Below, piece by piece: positions 42,737-53,607 of a stretch of 64,000 nucleotides of DNA. The notes beneath the pieces were generated by a model. It did not search any database. It had not been told where the DNA came from and saw only the letters and a list, made by a program, of their open reading frames with translations. The translations under genes were made by a program, and so were the position numbers. Each line of letters begins with the position of its first letter. Position 1 is the stretch's first letter. Source of the DNA: Candidatus Moraniibacteriota bacterium (GTDB lineage: Bacteria; Patescibacteriota; Minisyncoccia; Moranbacterales; UBA11712); contig JAQVJV010000003.1 of the NCBI GenBank assembly GCA_028695025.1, positions 637 to 64,636 of the forward strand, read 5' to 3'.

Positions 42737-43471
42737 TCAGCCCGCATTATCCAACAGGGTGAAAAGCACTTCGCACTGGTTGACCACCGCCCGCAAAAAA
42801 TCCGCGATATCCGGCTCCAAGCTGGAACCATTCTGAAAAATGAGGAAAACTTTCCTTTCCATCGGTCCGGATCCGGCCGATCCGAAAACATGAAAATCTT
42901 TCTTTTCCGCGCTTGGCTTTTCCGAATCCCATTTCACAATATCCTTGTTCCCGATTTTTATCCCCTTCGCTTTCGCATCTTGCTTTTCCCCCGCCACAAA
43001 AGACCAGTATTCTTTTTGCGTCTTGAGGTTTTTCATGTCAATCGCCCGAAGCGTCACCCATCTTTTCCCGCTCAAGGAAAGGGCGATTTTGAGAATTTCC
43101 TGGATATAACCCTCCGCCTCTTTCTGGTCCGAAGGGGCTTTCAATTTTTTCAAGAAAGTTTTGATGAGAGAGACCTGCACATTCACTTTCCCGAGATAAG
43201 CGAAAGCCTCAAGCAGTTCTTTTTCCCTTTTTTGGTATTCTTTTTCCAATTTTTGCAGTTCTTTTTCCCGATGATCGACGCTTTTTTCATAAAGCCGGAA
43301 AATCTGCCAGGCAATCGACACTTGGACAAGCAAGAGGACTGATTCCAATATTTCTTCGGAGAAAATGGATATGCCGCCTTGCACAATCAAGGGAGTGAAG
43401 ATCATCGTTATGACCAAAAAGAAGAATATATAGAAGAAGAAGTTTCTTAATTTGTCTATTTTTGAGCCCAT
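42737..43471 (-). CDS. Hypothetical membrane protein with a coiled-coil region
   Basis: N-terminal TM helices (FFFYIFFFLVITMIFTPLIV…) followed by a KE-rich coiled coil. Confidence 0.5.
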   Translation of the reverse strand: MGSKIDKLRNFFFYIFFFLVITMIFTPLIVQGGISIFSEEILESVLLLVQVSIAWQIFRLYEKSVDHREKELQKLEKEYQKREKELLEAFAYLGKVNVQVSLIKTFLKKLKAPSDQKEAEGYIQEILKIALSLSGKRWVTLRAIDMKNLKTQKEYWSFVAGEKQDAKAKGIKIGNKDIVKWDSEKPSAEKKDFHVFGSAGSGPMERKVFLIFQNGSSLEPDIADFLRAVVNQCEVLFTLLDNAG

Positions 43472-43600
43472 ACGGAAACGGTTATTTTAGGTAATTTGAA
43501 TCCCCCGGCCCGGCATTGACTTTTTATAGTACGCAACCCGATAATTTTATATTCAAAACGGCCGCTCTTTAAAAAAAGGCCTCTCCGCGAGGCCTTTCTG

Positions 43601-44269
43601 CTATTTCAGGGTGAAACTTTTCACAATTTCATTCGCGAGGTTGCATCTTGCAACTATATTTCCCGGACAATCGTCGGCCATAGTGTAGGCATAAACATAA
43701 TCTTCATCAACTTTTGCGCCATCTGCCTGAAGATCAATTTTTTTTCCGGCCAAATCACACACTTTTTGGCCTTCTTTCTCACAATCTTTTTGGATATCCG
43801 CCCATTCTTCAGCTGTCATTTTCCGAATGGTCAGGATCTCTTTGTACTGCTTGTCCATATCATTGTAGTTTTTCCCGGGAAAAGGAATATATATTTTCAA
43901 ATATTGGTCCGAAAGGCTTTCGTCGGTGAGGCTTTGCACATGGCCTGTTTTATAAAGCCATTTCCCCATCTGGGCCGGAACAGCCAACGTAAAGCCGAGA
44001 TTTTCATCGTCCAGAACATCATTTTGGAAAGCCATGGCCTGTTGCTTATTCAATTCTATTGGATAATAATTGGCTTGCGGCATTCCCTTGCCGCTCCCTA
44101 AAGTCCGGTTGAGCGACACCAAAAAAAGCATGGAGGAAAAGGTAAGCATCCCGATGAGAATCACCAAGGACACGTCGAAACGTTTGACCTTTGATTTTTT
44201 CGACGCTATGCTTGTTTTTGCCGCGGTTTTTCTCCCGCCGGTTTTTTTTGCGCTTATTTTCCTGGACAT
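43601..44269 (-). CDS. Hypothetical membrane-anchored protein
   Basis: Basic N-terminus, one TM helix (VSLVILIGMLTFSSMLFLVSL), then an extracytoplasmic domain. Confidence 0.5.
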   Translation of the reverse strand: MSRKISAKKTGGRKTAAKTSIASKKSKVKRFDVSLVILIGMLTFSSMLFLVSLNRTLGSGKGMPQANYYPIELNKQQAMAFQNDVLDDENLGFTLAVPAQMGKWLYKTGHVQSLTDESLSDQYLKIYIPFPGKNYNDMDKQYKEILTIRKMTAEEWADIQKDCEKEGQKVCDLAGKKIDLQADGAKVDEDYVYAYTMADDCPGNIVARCNLANEIVKSFTLK

Positions 44270-44363
44270 TTTGTTTTTTGATTTTTTAAGTATGTTTTTT
44301 CATATTTTAGCATAAATCGGTTTTTCGTGCAATATCCAAAAGTCCGAATATCCCGGTTATTCC

Positions 44364-45554
<1,191 letters not shown>

Positions 45555-47492
45555 TTATTCCTCCACCCTCCCCGCGTCTCCCACGCTCAAATCTTCTGTG
45601 AGATTTGTACTTTTTCCGCCCAGTTCCACTTTCGAAGCTTGGCCGGTGAAAGCGTCTTTTGCCGAGAAAACCGTGCTCGAAATGAGCGTCGGATAAGTAC
45701 TTGTCTGGTTTTGCGACGGCGTCACCCCAAGTTGGAAAATCAGCTCTCTGGGATCGGTGATTATTCCGGTTCCCGCCGAAAGGCTGCCAATATTCCAAAC
45801 CAGTTCATTGGTCCGGCCGTTATAGCTCATCGAAGCGTCGTTGGGAATGAAATTGCTTTTCCAACTGACGCCCGGCCCCAGCGTCATTGTAACCCTGGCA
45901 TCGGTTATGTCATTTGAAACATTGGAAACCTTGAGGTGCAGGGTGAACGTGGTTTCCTGTCCGACTTTGAGCGGCAACTCTCCCGTGTTCTGAATTTCCG
46001 AGTCGTTATAGAATCCTTGAAGATCAACTAACAATTTCGAATTAAGCTTAACCGTCAACGAGTTTGAGGCCACGATCTTGTTGGCTCCTTCCGAAGTGGG
46101 AATGTCCGGGCTGTCCATGTATGCCACCGCCGAAAAAGAAAAGTTCTTGTCATTCGAGCTGGAAACGGGAATGATATTTTTCACCGGGACGGAAAAACTT
46201 ACATATCCCGAATCGCCGGGAGCCAGCGTTTTGAAAGCGGGAATGTCCGAAGCTTTCCAGGTGATCGTTTTTTTGCCCGAGTCGAATTCCCCTTTCCTGT
46301 CCAGCATATCCACTTGGCCATAGTCCAAAATCGGGCTGTTTATGTCCACTGAAAGTATCGCGTCCCGGAGAGAAATCTCCCCGGCATTGCGGTAGCCCAC
46401 CCTGAACATGAGCGAGTCTCCCGCGCTTACCATGGAATTTTCGCTTTTCCCGTTCATTTCCACATTGAGGGCAAGAGGCGAACCGATGATCTTGAGGGAA
46501 CTTTCAGCCTCGGCATAGGCGATGAAAGAGTTTTCGGACCCGATCTGGCCGATGGAAATTTTGACGCTTTTTTGCTGGTCGCGCGCGCCGCTGATTTTCC
46601 CGCTGATCGTGATTTTCCCGGATTGGCCGGGCGCAAGCGTCCCGACATACCAGATATTTTCCTGGGCCGGCAAAGGATCCGAATTCGAAAAAGAGAAACC
46701 TTCCGGAAAATCGGCTTTGATTTTGAGATCGTTGAAATCCGTTTGTCCGGTATTTTGGTAAGTGGCGACATATGAAACGGCATTTCCATCGGCGGCATTT
46801 TGAGGTCCGCCCACTTCGATATTGATCGGGCTTGACACGATGAAAACATTGGAAGTCCCTTCCGCCGCGAAAGTTGAATTGAAAACTGACGGCTTGTATT
46901 CCAATTTGGCTTTTACATAAACCAGGGCATCAGTCGCTCCGAAAAATTTTCCTTGGATAGTCACTTTTCCGCTTGATTTCCCGGAAACGGATCCGACATT
47001 GAATTTGCTGACCGTCGGCCCTTCAACTTCAAATTGCAAATTTCCGGCCGGCTGAAAATTTTCCGAATAGCTCACATAAAGGACCGCGCTCCCGAGTGAC
47101 GCCCTGTTCAGATTTTGATAACTGATATCGATGCTCACGCTTTCTCCGCTCATTACTTTCTCTGGGCCAGAAAGGCTCACTTTTACCTGATCGGCCGAAA
47201 AAGAAGTTTTGCGGATATAGAGCGCCAGCCAAACACCGCCGGCCGCAAGCAAAACCGCGCCCGTAATAATAGCCGCTATCGTGTAAGCTCTTTTTCTTTT
47301 TGTCTTTTTTTCTTCCTGGCTCCTGGCCCAATCCTCCTGTTTTTTTTCAAGGTCGGAAGCGCCGAATGATGAAGCGAAAAAAGGAGATTCCGCAGGTTTT
47401 TGGGAGCTCGAACCCATCGGGCCGCCCAGCCCGCCAGCCGGATTCTCCTCCGGACGCTTGTATATTTTTCTTTCTGTTTCCTGAAGAGACAT
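45555..47492 (-). CDS. Membrane-anchored surface protein with repeated DUF11/CARDB-like beta-sandwich domains
   Basis: N-terminal TM (YTIAAIITGAVLLAAGGVWLALYI) followed by several ~110-aa beta-rich repeats. The domain assignment is tentative. Confidence 0.5.
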   Translation of the reverse strand: MSLQETERKIYKRPEENPAGGLGGPMGSSSQKPAESPFFASSFGASDLEKKQEDWARSQEEKKTKRKRAYTIAAIITGAVLLAAGGVWLALYIRKTSFSADQVKVSLSGPEKVMSGESVSIDISYQNLNRASLGSAVLYVSYSENFQPAGNLQFEVEGPTVSKFNVGSVSGKSSGKVTIQGKFFGATDALVYVKAKLEYKPSVFNSTFAAEGTSNVFIVSSPINIEVGGPQNAADGNAVSYVATYQNTGQTDFNDLKIKADFPEGFSFSNSDPLPAQENIWYVGTLAPGQSGKITISGKISGARDQQKSVKISIGQIGSENSFIAYAEAESSLKIIGSPLALNVEMNGKSENSMVSAGDSLMFRVGYRNAGEISLRDAILSVDINSPILDYGQVDMLDRKGEFDSGKKTITWKASDIPAFKTLAPGDSGYVSFSVPVKNIIPVSSSNDKNFSFSAVAYMDSPDIPTSEGANKIVASNSLTVKLNSKLLVDLQGFYNDSEIQNTGELPLKVGQETTFTLHLKVSNVSNDITDARVTMTLGPGVSWKSNFIPNDASMSYNGRTNELVWNIGSLSAGTGIITDPRELIFQLGVTPSQNQTSTYPTLISSTVFSAKDAFTGQASKVELGGKSTNLTEDLSVGDAGRVEE

Positions 47493-47565
47493 CTTATGGT
47501 TTATTATATACTATCTCGCCGTTTTCTGGAAATAATATCTATTTATGCAGATATATAAAGCAATT

Positions 47566-48264
47566 TTAATAATTATATTTTTCAAAATCGTTTCTCAATC
47601 TCGAAAGACCAACCGTCTCTCCTTCACCAATTTTCACTTTCACTATTTTTTCAAGCGGATTTCCAAGAATAATTCTCAAGAATTTTATTTGATTTGAATT
47701 TATTTCTAAAATATTATCTTCCCTTCCAAAACATTTCTCACAAATAACACCGCCTCTCGCAGTTGAAAAAAATTTGCGCTCATTTTCTTTGAGAATATCC
47801 TCACAGCGCAAGCACTTTTTCATTTCCGGTCGATTCCCCATCAAATCAAAAAGTTTCCACCAAAAGGCTTCTTCGATAATTTTTATATTTTCCGCCGAAT
47901 TTAACACTTTCAAAAAACTGGAAAGCAGATCAAAAATGCTCTCGTCTTTTTCTTCTTCCGCGAATTTGCGCGCCATGAACTTGAAGACATCAAGGGCCGC
48001 TGAAATTTTTTCGAAATCTTTTTTTATGCCTTCAAAATTATCCACCGTGATCGCGCTTGTGATCTGGCCGATGCCTCTTGAGCGGGCAATGTATATTTCA
48101 GAATGCGTCCCCGGCTCGAGATGCCCCGCCAGTTTCGCTTGCGGCTTTCTCACTCCCTTTCCCATCACGCGCACAAGGCCCGCTTCCCGGGCATAAAGAA
48201 AATACATCCGGTCGAACTCGCCAATGTCGCGCGAAGACAAAATTATGGCCAGATACTTGTTCAT
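47566..48264 (-). CDS. recO: DNA repair protein RecO
   Basis: N-terminal OB-fold region (LAIILSSRDIGEFDRMYFLYAREAGLVRVMGKGVRKPQAKL…) and a C-terminal Cys4 zinc finger (CLRCEDI…CEKCF). Confidence 0.8.
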   Translation of the reverse strand: MNKYLAIILSSRDIGEFDRMYFLYAREAGLVRVMGKGVRKPQAKLAGHLEPGTHSEIYIARSRGIGQITSAITVDNFEGIKKDFEKISAALDVFKFMARKFAEEEKDESIFDLLSSFLKVLNSAENIKIIEEAFWWKLFDLMGNRPEMKKCLRCEDILKENERKFFSTARGGVICEKCFGREDNILEINSNQIKFLRIILGNPLEKIVKVKIGEGETVGLSRLRNDFEKYNY

Positions 48265-48267
48265 TTG

Positions 48268-48356
48268 CTATGTTTGTCATCCCGCACTTGATGCGGGATC
48301 CAGGGAATAAAATTTTAGCTAAAACCCTGGATCCTGGCTCGGAGGCCGGGATGACA
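48268..48356 (-). promoter_or_regulatory. Nested-hairpin structured element in the recO 5' leader (possible ncRNA, operator or MITE remnant)
   Basis: Seen in the sequence: hairpin CCCGCA-cttga-TGCGGG; perfect 10-bp hairpin GGATCCAGGG-20 nt-CCCTGGATCC; both enclosed by GTCATCCCG…CGGGATGAC. It lies between a TGGTATAAT extended -10 at about 48385..48393 (minus strand) and the recO ATG. Confidence 0.4.
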
Positions 48357-48402
48357 TAAATTTGTGATAAATATTATTAAGTACCTCATTATACCAACCG
48401 CC

Positions 48403-48446
48403 CGGGCAAAATAAAAGCAGGGATCGGTCTCCGTTCCGTCCCTGCT
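48403..48446 (-). terminator. Rho-independent terminator (minus strand) ending the small-gene operon upstream of recO
   Basis: AAGCAGGGA-cggaacggagaccga-TCCCTGCTT followed by TTATTTT on the minus strand. Confidence 0.55.
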
Positions 48447-48475
48447 TGAAAACTCGTTTTCACTGCAATTACCTC

Positions 48476-48730
48476 CTAAAATTCCAATACGCCATCTTCA
48501 ATGGCTTGGCGCTGTTCGGGAGTAGGAATCTGTGCTGGATCCCCTCCCGTAACTTTTACGATAAATTTCAGTTGCTCAATTTCCCGCGCCGCGTGCCGCT
48601 TCACCACCCGAAGTAAAACAGCATCGGAAAGTTAGCTGATTTTCAACACTTTGCACGGCCCTTCTTGTCTCTTCGGTTCTATTTGCTTCCGTCGCTTTGA
48701 TTGGTCAAGAAGAGTAACTTTTGATTCCAT
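48476..48730 (-). pseudogene. Small ORF with a strong RBS interrupted by an in-frame TAA (32 aa, then 51 protein-like aa); candidate disrupted gene, read-through site or sequencing error
   Basis: AAAGGAGGcaccaATG gives MESKVTLLDQSKRRKQIEPKRQEGPCKVLKIS-TAA-LSDAVLLRVVKRHAAREIEQLKFIVKVTGGDPAQIPTPEQRQAIEDGVLEF-TAG. The distal part is amphipathic and protein-like and is followed by the terminator above. Confidence 0.3.
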
Positions 48731-48753
48731 TGGTGCCTCCTTTGAACTAAAGG

Positions 48754-49059
48754 TTATTTGATTTCCCTGCCGTCCAGATAAATAATAGCAACCATATCCT
48801 CATCCTCCTTTATTTCAAATTGGGGACTATAAAATTGCTTTCCGCAGTCCTTGCCTAAACACGTAAAGATATAATGGATTCTTTCGGGATTGGGATCGAT
48901 AGTGTCATCCTTTAGAACAAAATGACAATGAACTTCTTCGTTCTCTAACTCTACCCTCTTACATCCGCAGTATGGACAGGGCGGATAGATCAAATGAGCC
49001 ACAAGACATCTCAAATAAAAATAAGATGTCCACAGAAAGCCAGTTATCTCAAAATACAT
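48754..49059 (-). CDS. Hypothetical Cys-rich (zinc-ribbon-like) small protein
   Basis: CPPCPYCGC…HCHF…CLGKDCGK is seen in the sequence. AT-rich and co-directional with the small genes on either side. Confidence 0.45.
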   Translation of the reverse strand: MYFEITGFLWTSYFYLRCLVAHLIYPPCPYCGCKRVELENEEVHCHFVLKDDTIDPNPERIHYIFTCLGKDCGKQFYSPQFEIKEDEDMVAIIYLDGREIK

Positions 49060-49076
49060 AACACCTTCCTTCTAAA

Positions 49077-49301
49077 TTAATTTTTGGGGACGTGCCAGGT
49101 TAGTCCGCATTTTTTGCAACCATACACTAACTCTGTACTATCACCCGCAGAGTGACCAAGATACTCCGTCTCTCCATCACATTTCCCACCCGGATGTTTT
49201 GGATATTTAGGTGAAAGAAGATTGTAAAAAAATAGAGCCATAGCACACAGTATGGCTATAACCCCAATAATTACAACATAAACAGGCATATTAAATTCCA
49301 T
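49077..49301 (-). CDS. Hypothetical small membrane protein with a C-terminal zinc-ribbon-like motif
   Basis: TM helix PVYVVIIGVIAILCAMALFFY followed by GGKCDGETEYLGH…CKKCGLTWHVP. Confidence 0.45.
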   Translation of the reverse strand: MEFNMPVYVVIIGVIAILCAMALFFYNLLSPKYPKHPGGKCDGETEYLGHSAGDSTELVYGCKKCGLTWHVPKN

Positions 49302-49350
49302 GGTAATTCTCCTCCTCTAAATCCGAAGTTTGATTGACAAAAAACAACTC

Positions 49351-52305
49351 TCATACCCTTCTTAACCATACCTTGACCGGCGTGGTTTCGAGGGCAACCA
49401 ATTCTGATATTTCGGCCGCCGGCTCTTCGGCCGATTCAATCACTTGGTCAGCCAGCGTTTCCTTAGCGATTAATTCACTAAAACGACCGAATATTTCAGA
49501 TCCTCCTTTATAGTATAATTCAATCCTGTTGTCAACTTGAAAACCGGCCTTTTTTCGCAACTCCTGGATCCGCCGGATGAGCTCGCGCGCTTCGCCCTCA
49601 AGGCGCAAATCGTCCGTAATGGACGTATCAAGCCCCACCTCCCAAGTGATTTCTTCCTGGCGCACAAAACCGGGCTCGTCGGAAACGCCTCCGGCAAAAT
49701 GCACTTTTTTCACATTCACCTCATCTTTCACAAGTTCCGCCATTTCTCCGCCGATATCTTCGTTGATCTTGAGTTCTGCGAGCGGCTGGCGCACCTTGAT
49801 GCCGACTTTCGCCCGCGCGGCGAGCCCCAGCTTCACGAACCGGCGGGTGATCCGCATTTTTTGGTTCAGATCTTCGTCGATCAACTCTTCATCGGCTTGG
49901 GGATAGTTTTCGAGATGGACGGATTGCAGAAACGCAAAATCTTGCGTCTTTATGGAAGCCAAATTCCGATAAATTTCTTCGGCAACAAACGGCATGAACG
50001 GCGCCATGAGTTTTGCGAGCTCCACCAAGACATAATGCAAAGTTTCATAGGCTTCGTTTTTGTCCCCATCATTTTCCGATTTCCAAAAACGCTTCCTCGA
50101 ACGTCTCACATACCAATTGGAAAGATGATCCACAAATTCCGGGAATAATCTCACGGCTTTGTTAAGCTCATATTTTTCCATATGCAAATTCACGTTTTTG
50201 ATAAGCGCGTTAAGCTCGGAAATAATCCACTTATCCAGCAAGTTTTTAGTTTGTATCTTGTAGTTTGTAGTTTGTGGATCAAACTCATCAATGTTCGCAT
50301 AGAGCACGAAAAATGAGTACGTGTTCCAAAGCATCCGAAGCATCCCTCGTACGTTTTCCGCAAGATCTTTCTCAAGAAAAAGAAAATTTTCCGCGGCCAC
50401 AACGGGAGAAGCCATAAGATAGTATCGAAGCGCGTCCGCTCCGTATTTCTTCATCATTTCAGCCGGATCCGGATAGTTTTTGAGACGCTTTGAAAGTTTT
50501 TTTCCGTCCGAACCGACCACAATCCCGTTCACGATGACGTTTTTGTAGGCTTTTGAATCTTTGATGCCGGTCGCGATCGCATGGAGATAATAGAACCAAG
50601 CCCGCGTTTGATCCACTCCTTCCGCAATGAAATCCGCCGGGAAACTTTTTTCGAACTCCTCTTTATTTTCAAACGGATAGTGTGCTTGCGCGTACGGCAT
50701 CGACCCGGAATCGAACCACGTGTCGAGCACATCCGGGATCCGCTTCATCTCCCCGCCGCATTTTTCACATTTGAAGGTGATTTTGTCGACGACGTGCTTG
50801 TGAAGATCAGAAATTTTTTCTCCGCTTAATTTTTCTAATTCGTCCACCGAACCGACCACTTTCGTTTCTCCGCATTTCTCGCACCGCCAAATCGGAATGA
50901 CCGAAGCCCAAAAACGCTGGCGGGAAATTGACCAGTCGCGCGCGCCTTCGAGCCAGTTGCCGAATCTTCCAACCTTGATATGCTCCGGCGACCAGTTGAT
51001 ACCACCCGCCAGTTCCAGCATCCGCTCTTTGATTTTCAAGATATTCACGAACCAGGATGAGGTTGCGTAGTTCAGGAGCGGCGTATCGCACCGCCAGCAA
51101 TGCGGATAGCTGTGTTCATATTTGGCTTTTGCAAACAATAGATTTTTTTTAGCAAGAAATTTGATGATTTCAACATCTGTTTTCTGGCTATCGTCGATCG
51201 GCTTCACGTCGAGTCCGGAAAAATCTTTCGCTTCCGGCCGGATGGTTCCGTCCATATCCACGTGCGACACGAACGGCAAATCGTATTTTTGTCCCAGTTT
51301 CAAATCGTCCTCTCCGAAAGCGGGAGCAATATGCACAATTCCCGTCCCTTCCTCCGTTGTCACAAAGTCGCCCGCGTAAACTTTCCAGCCGTTTTCGCGA
51401 TTTTTGAGGCTTTCGTTCGAAGAATAGTAATCAAAAACCGGTTTGTATTTCATCCCCACCAAATCTTTTCCGGAAATTTCTCGGACTATTTCATAATCTT
51501 TTCCGGAAAATACTTCCGGCGCGCGATCTTTTGCGACAATATAATATTCACTTTCAAATTTAACTAAAACATATTCAATGTTCTCCCCCACAGCAAGCGC
51601 CATATTACCAATCAACGTCCAAGGTGTTGTCGTCCATGCGAGGAGATAAGTCCCCGGTTCATCGATCAATTCAAACTTCACGATCGCCGACAAATCCTTC
51701 ACTATCTTGTATCCTTCCGCCACTTCCGACTGCGAAAGCGTCGTCTCGCACCGCGGACAGATGTGCATTGAGCGATAGCCTTCGTATATCAAGCCCCTGT
51801 TCCAAAGTTCCTTGAAAACCCACCAGACCGATTCCATGAACGGAAGATCCATCGTGCGGTAGCTGTTTTCCATATCCGCCCAGCGGCCGAGACGCCGGAT
51901 TATTTTTTTCCATTCGGCGACATATTCCAAAACTTTCGAGCGGCAAATTTCATTGAATTTTTGGACTCCGTATTTTTCAAGAATCTCTTTCTTGCGTGCG
52001 ACACCCAATTCTTTTTCGGCGATGTTCTCGATCGGAAGGCCGTGGCAGTCCCACCCCCAAACCCGCGGAACCCGGTATCCCCGCATCGTCCAATATCGCG
52101 GCACGACATCTTTCATCGTGCTTGCGACGATGTGGCCGTAGTGCGGGAGACCCGTCGCGAACGGCGGCCCGTCATAAAAAGAATAAAGCGGCGCATTTTT
52201 GCGCGCTTCCAAAGATTTCTCGAATATTTGATTTTCTTCCCAAAATTTCAAAATATTCTCCTCCATCTCCGGAAGAGACTGTTTGGGATCAACAGGGTTG
52301 AACAT
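49351..52305 (-). CDS. ileS: Isoleucyl-tRNA synthetase, type 2 (eukaryote/archaea-like)
   Basis: FYDGPPFATGLPHYGHIV (HIGH region, type-2 form), WDCHGLPIE, the editing domain, KLSKRLKNYPDP (KMSKS), and WSISRQRFW. Confidence 0.9.
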   Translation of the reverse strand: MFNPVDPKQSLPEMEENILKFWEENQIFEKSLEARKNAPLYSFYDGPPFATGLPHYGHIVASTMKDVVPRYWTMRGYRVPRVWGWDCHGLPIENIAEKELGVARKKEILEKYGVQKFNEICRSKVLEYVAEWKKIIRRLGRWADMENSYRTMDLPFMESVWWVFKELWNRGLIYEGYRSMHICPRCETTLSQSEVAEGYKIVKDLSAIVKFELIDEPGTYLLAWTTTPWTLIGNMALAVGENIEYVLVKFESEYYIVAKDRAPEVFSGKDYEIVREISGKDLVGMKYKPVFDYYSSNESLKNRENGWKVYAGDFVTTEEGTGIVHIAPAFGEDDLKLGQKYDLPFVSHVDMDGTIRPEAKDFSGLDVKPIDDSQKTDVEIIKFLAKKNLLFAKAKYEHSYPHCWRCDTPLLNYATSSWFVNILKIKERMLELAGGINWSPEHIKVGRFGNWLEGARDWSISRQRFWASVIPIWRCEKCGETKVVGSVDELEKLSGEKISDLHKHVVDKITFKCEKCGGEMKRIPDVLDTWFDSGSMPYAQAHYPFENKEEFEKSFPADFIAEGVDQTRAWFYYLHAIATGIKDSKAYKNVIVNGIVVGSDGKKLSKRLKNYPDPAEMMKKYGADALRYYLMASPVVAAENFLFLEKDLAENVRGMLRMLWNTYSFFVLYANIDEFDPQTTNYKIQTKNLLDKWIISELNALIKNVNLHMEKYELNKAVRLFPEFVDHLSNWYVRRSRKRFWKSENDGDKNEAYETLHYVLVELAKLMAPFMPFVAEEIYRNLASIKTQDFAFLQSVHLENYPQADEELIDEDLNQKMRITRRFVKLGLAARAKVGIKVRQPLAELKINEDIGGEMAELVKDEVNVKKVHFAGGVSDEPGFVRQEEITWEVGLDTSITDDLRLEGEARELIRRIQELRKKAGFQVDNRIELYYKGGSEIFGRFSELIAKETLADQVIESAEEPAAEISELVALETTPVKVWLRRV

Positions 52306-52311
52306 AAAATC

Positions 52312-53460
52312 TCAGATATTTTTATAAACCTCGAGCGTTTCCTTCGCCGTTTTTTCCCAGCTGAATTTCTGCGCCTGTTTCACGCCAGAGGCGGATAAGC
52401 GCGTCCTTAAATCCTTATCAATTGCCAAATTCTTCATAGCACCCGCGATCCCGTCCGTGTCATGCGGATCGACATAGGCCGCCGCCTCGCCAGCCACTTC
52501 CGGAATTGAAGAAACTTTCGAAAGAAGGCAAGGCGCGCCGCAAGCCATCGCTTCAGCCACCGTTTGCCCGAAGCCTTCCCAAAGCGACGGCATCACAAAA
52601 AATTGGGCGTTCGCGTAGAGCGGCTTGAGCTCGTCCCCGCCGACATATCCGGTGAAAACAACATTTTCCTTCACTCCCAAATCCTCCACCTGCTGAAAAT
52701 ATTCTTTGAAAAGCCAGCCTCGTTTTCCGGCAACGACCAATTGATAGTCAAAATTTCCGCCGTATCCTTTTTTGAAACGCGCGAAAGCGTCGAGCACCCG
52801 CGTCAAGTTTTTCCGCGGTTCAAGCGTTCCAAGAAACAAAATATACTTGTCGGCCAAGTTATACAGCTTCTTCACTTCTTCCCATTTCATTCCGCCCTCG
52901 CCGAAAAATCTTTTGTCGATTCCGTTGTAGACGGTGGTGATTTTTTCCAGCGGATATCCCAAAAATTCGTGCGCGTCTTGCTTGGTCGAATCCGAAACGG
53001 CAATGATCCGGCCGGATTTGGCCGCCGCGAAGCTATAAAGCGTTTTCAATTTGGCCGTTGAAAGCCGCGGAAAAAATTCCGGAACGTGATACGGCGCGAA
53101 ATCGTAGAAAGTAGTCACCACTTTTCCGCGATAGCTGGCCGGGACGCGATAGAGCGGCGAAGTGACATGAAGCACGTCGATTTTCTCGCGAGCAAGTGTT
53201 GCCATTCCCAAAATTTCCGAATACGCCGCCGGCATATATTTTTTGTAGTCCGAAAAAGGATAGAACTTGATTTTCACGTTCGGCTGGGAAAAGCGCTTCA
53301 CGTCTTTGTCGCGCACTTTGAAATCGAAAAACAGGGTATATTGGTTGCTTTTGTCAATTTCGAGAAGATTTTTGACCAAATGCCAAACATAGTTCGCCAC
53401 CCCGGTGGGCGCCGATTTTTCCGGATTCAGTATGGCTCGCGCGTCAATTCCGATCCGCAT
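52312..53460 (-). CDS. Glycosyltransferase family 4 (GT-B, group-1 glycosyl transferase)
   Basis: C-terminal EGFGQTVAEAMACGAPCLLSKVSSIPEVAG… matches the GT4 E-x7-E region, and the protein has two-Rossmann-domain length. Confidence 0.8.
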   Translation of the reverse strand: MRIGIDARAILNPEKSAPTGVANYVWHLVKNLLEIDKSNQYTLFFDFKVRDKDVKRFSQPNVKIKFYPFSDYKKYMPAAYSEILGMATLAREKIDVLHVTSPLYRVPASYRGKVVTTFYDFAPYHVPEFFPRLSTAKLKTLYSFAAAKSGRIIAVSDSTKQDAHEFLGYPLEKITTVYNGIDKRFFGEGGMKWEEVKKLYNLADKYILFLGTLEPRKNLTRVLDAFARFKKGYGGNFDYQLVVAGKRGWLFKEYFQQVEDLGVKENVVFTGYVGGDELKPLYANAQFFVMPSLWEGFGQTVAEAMACGAPCLLSKVSSIPEVAGEAAAYVDPHDTDGIAGAMKNLAIDKDLRTRLSASGVKQAQKFSWEKTAKETLEVYKNI

Positions 53461-53607
53461 AAAACTAGCCTTAAAGTCTTAATTTCATCTAAAATATATC
53501 CCTTTTCGGGAAAAAAAGCAAGTTCATATCTTACTACGCGCCAAAAAAATTATTGATGAAAAAAGCAAGAGACAGCTTTGTTTATGCGCCATCACCGTGC
53601 CTGATTT

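Noticed and set aside
48268-48356. Possible tRNA gene in the recO leader
   Set aside because: Stem and loop sizes are incompatible with a cloverleaf: the central hairpin has a 20-nt loop, and there is no T-arm GTTC-like motif or CCA context.
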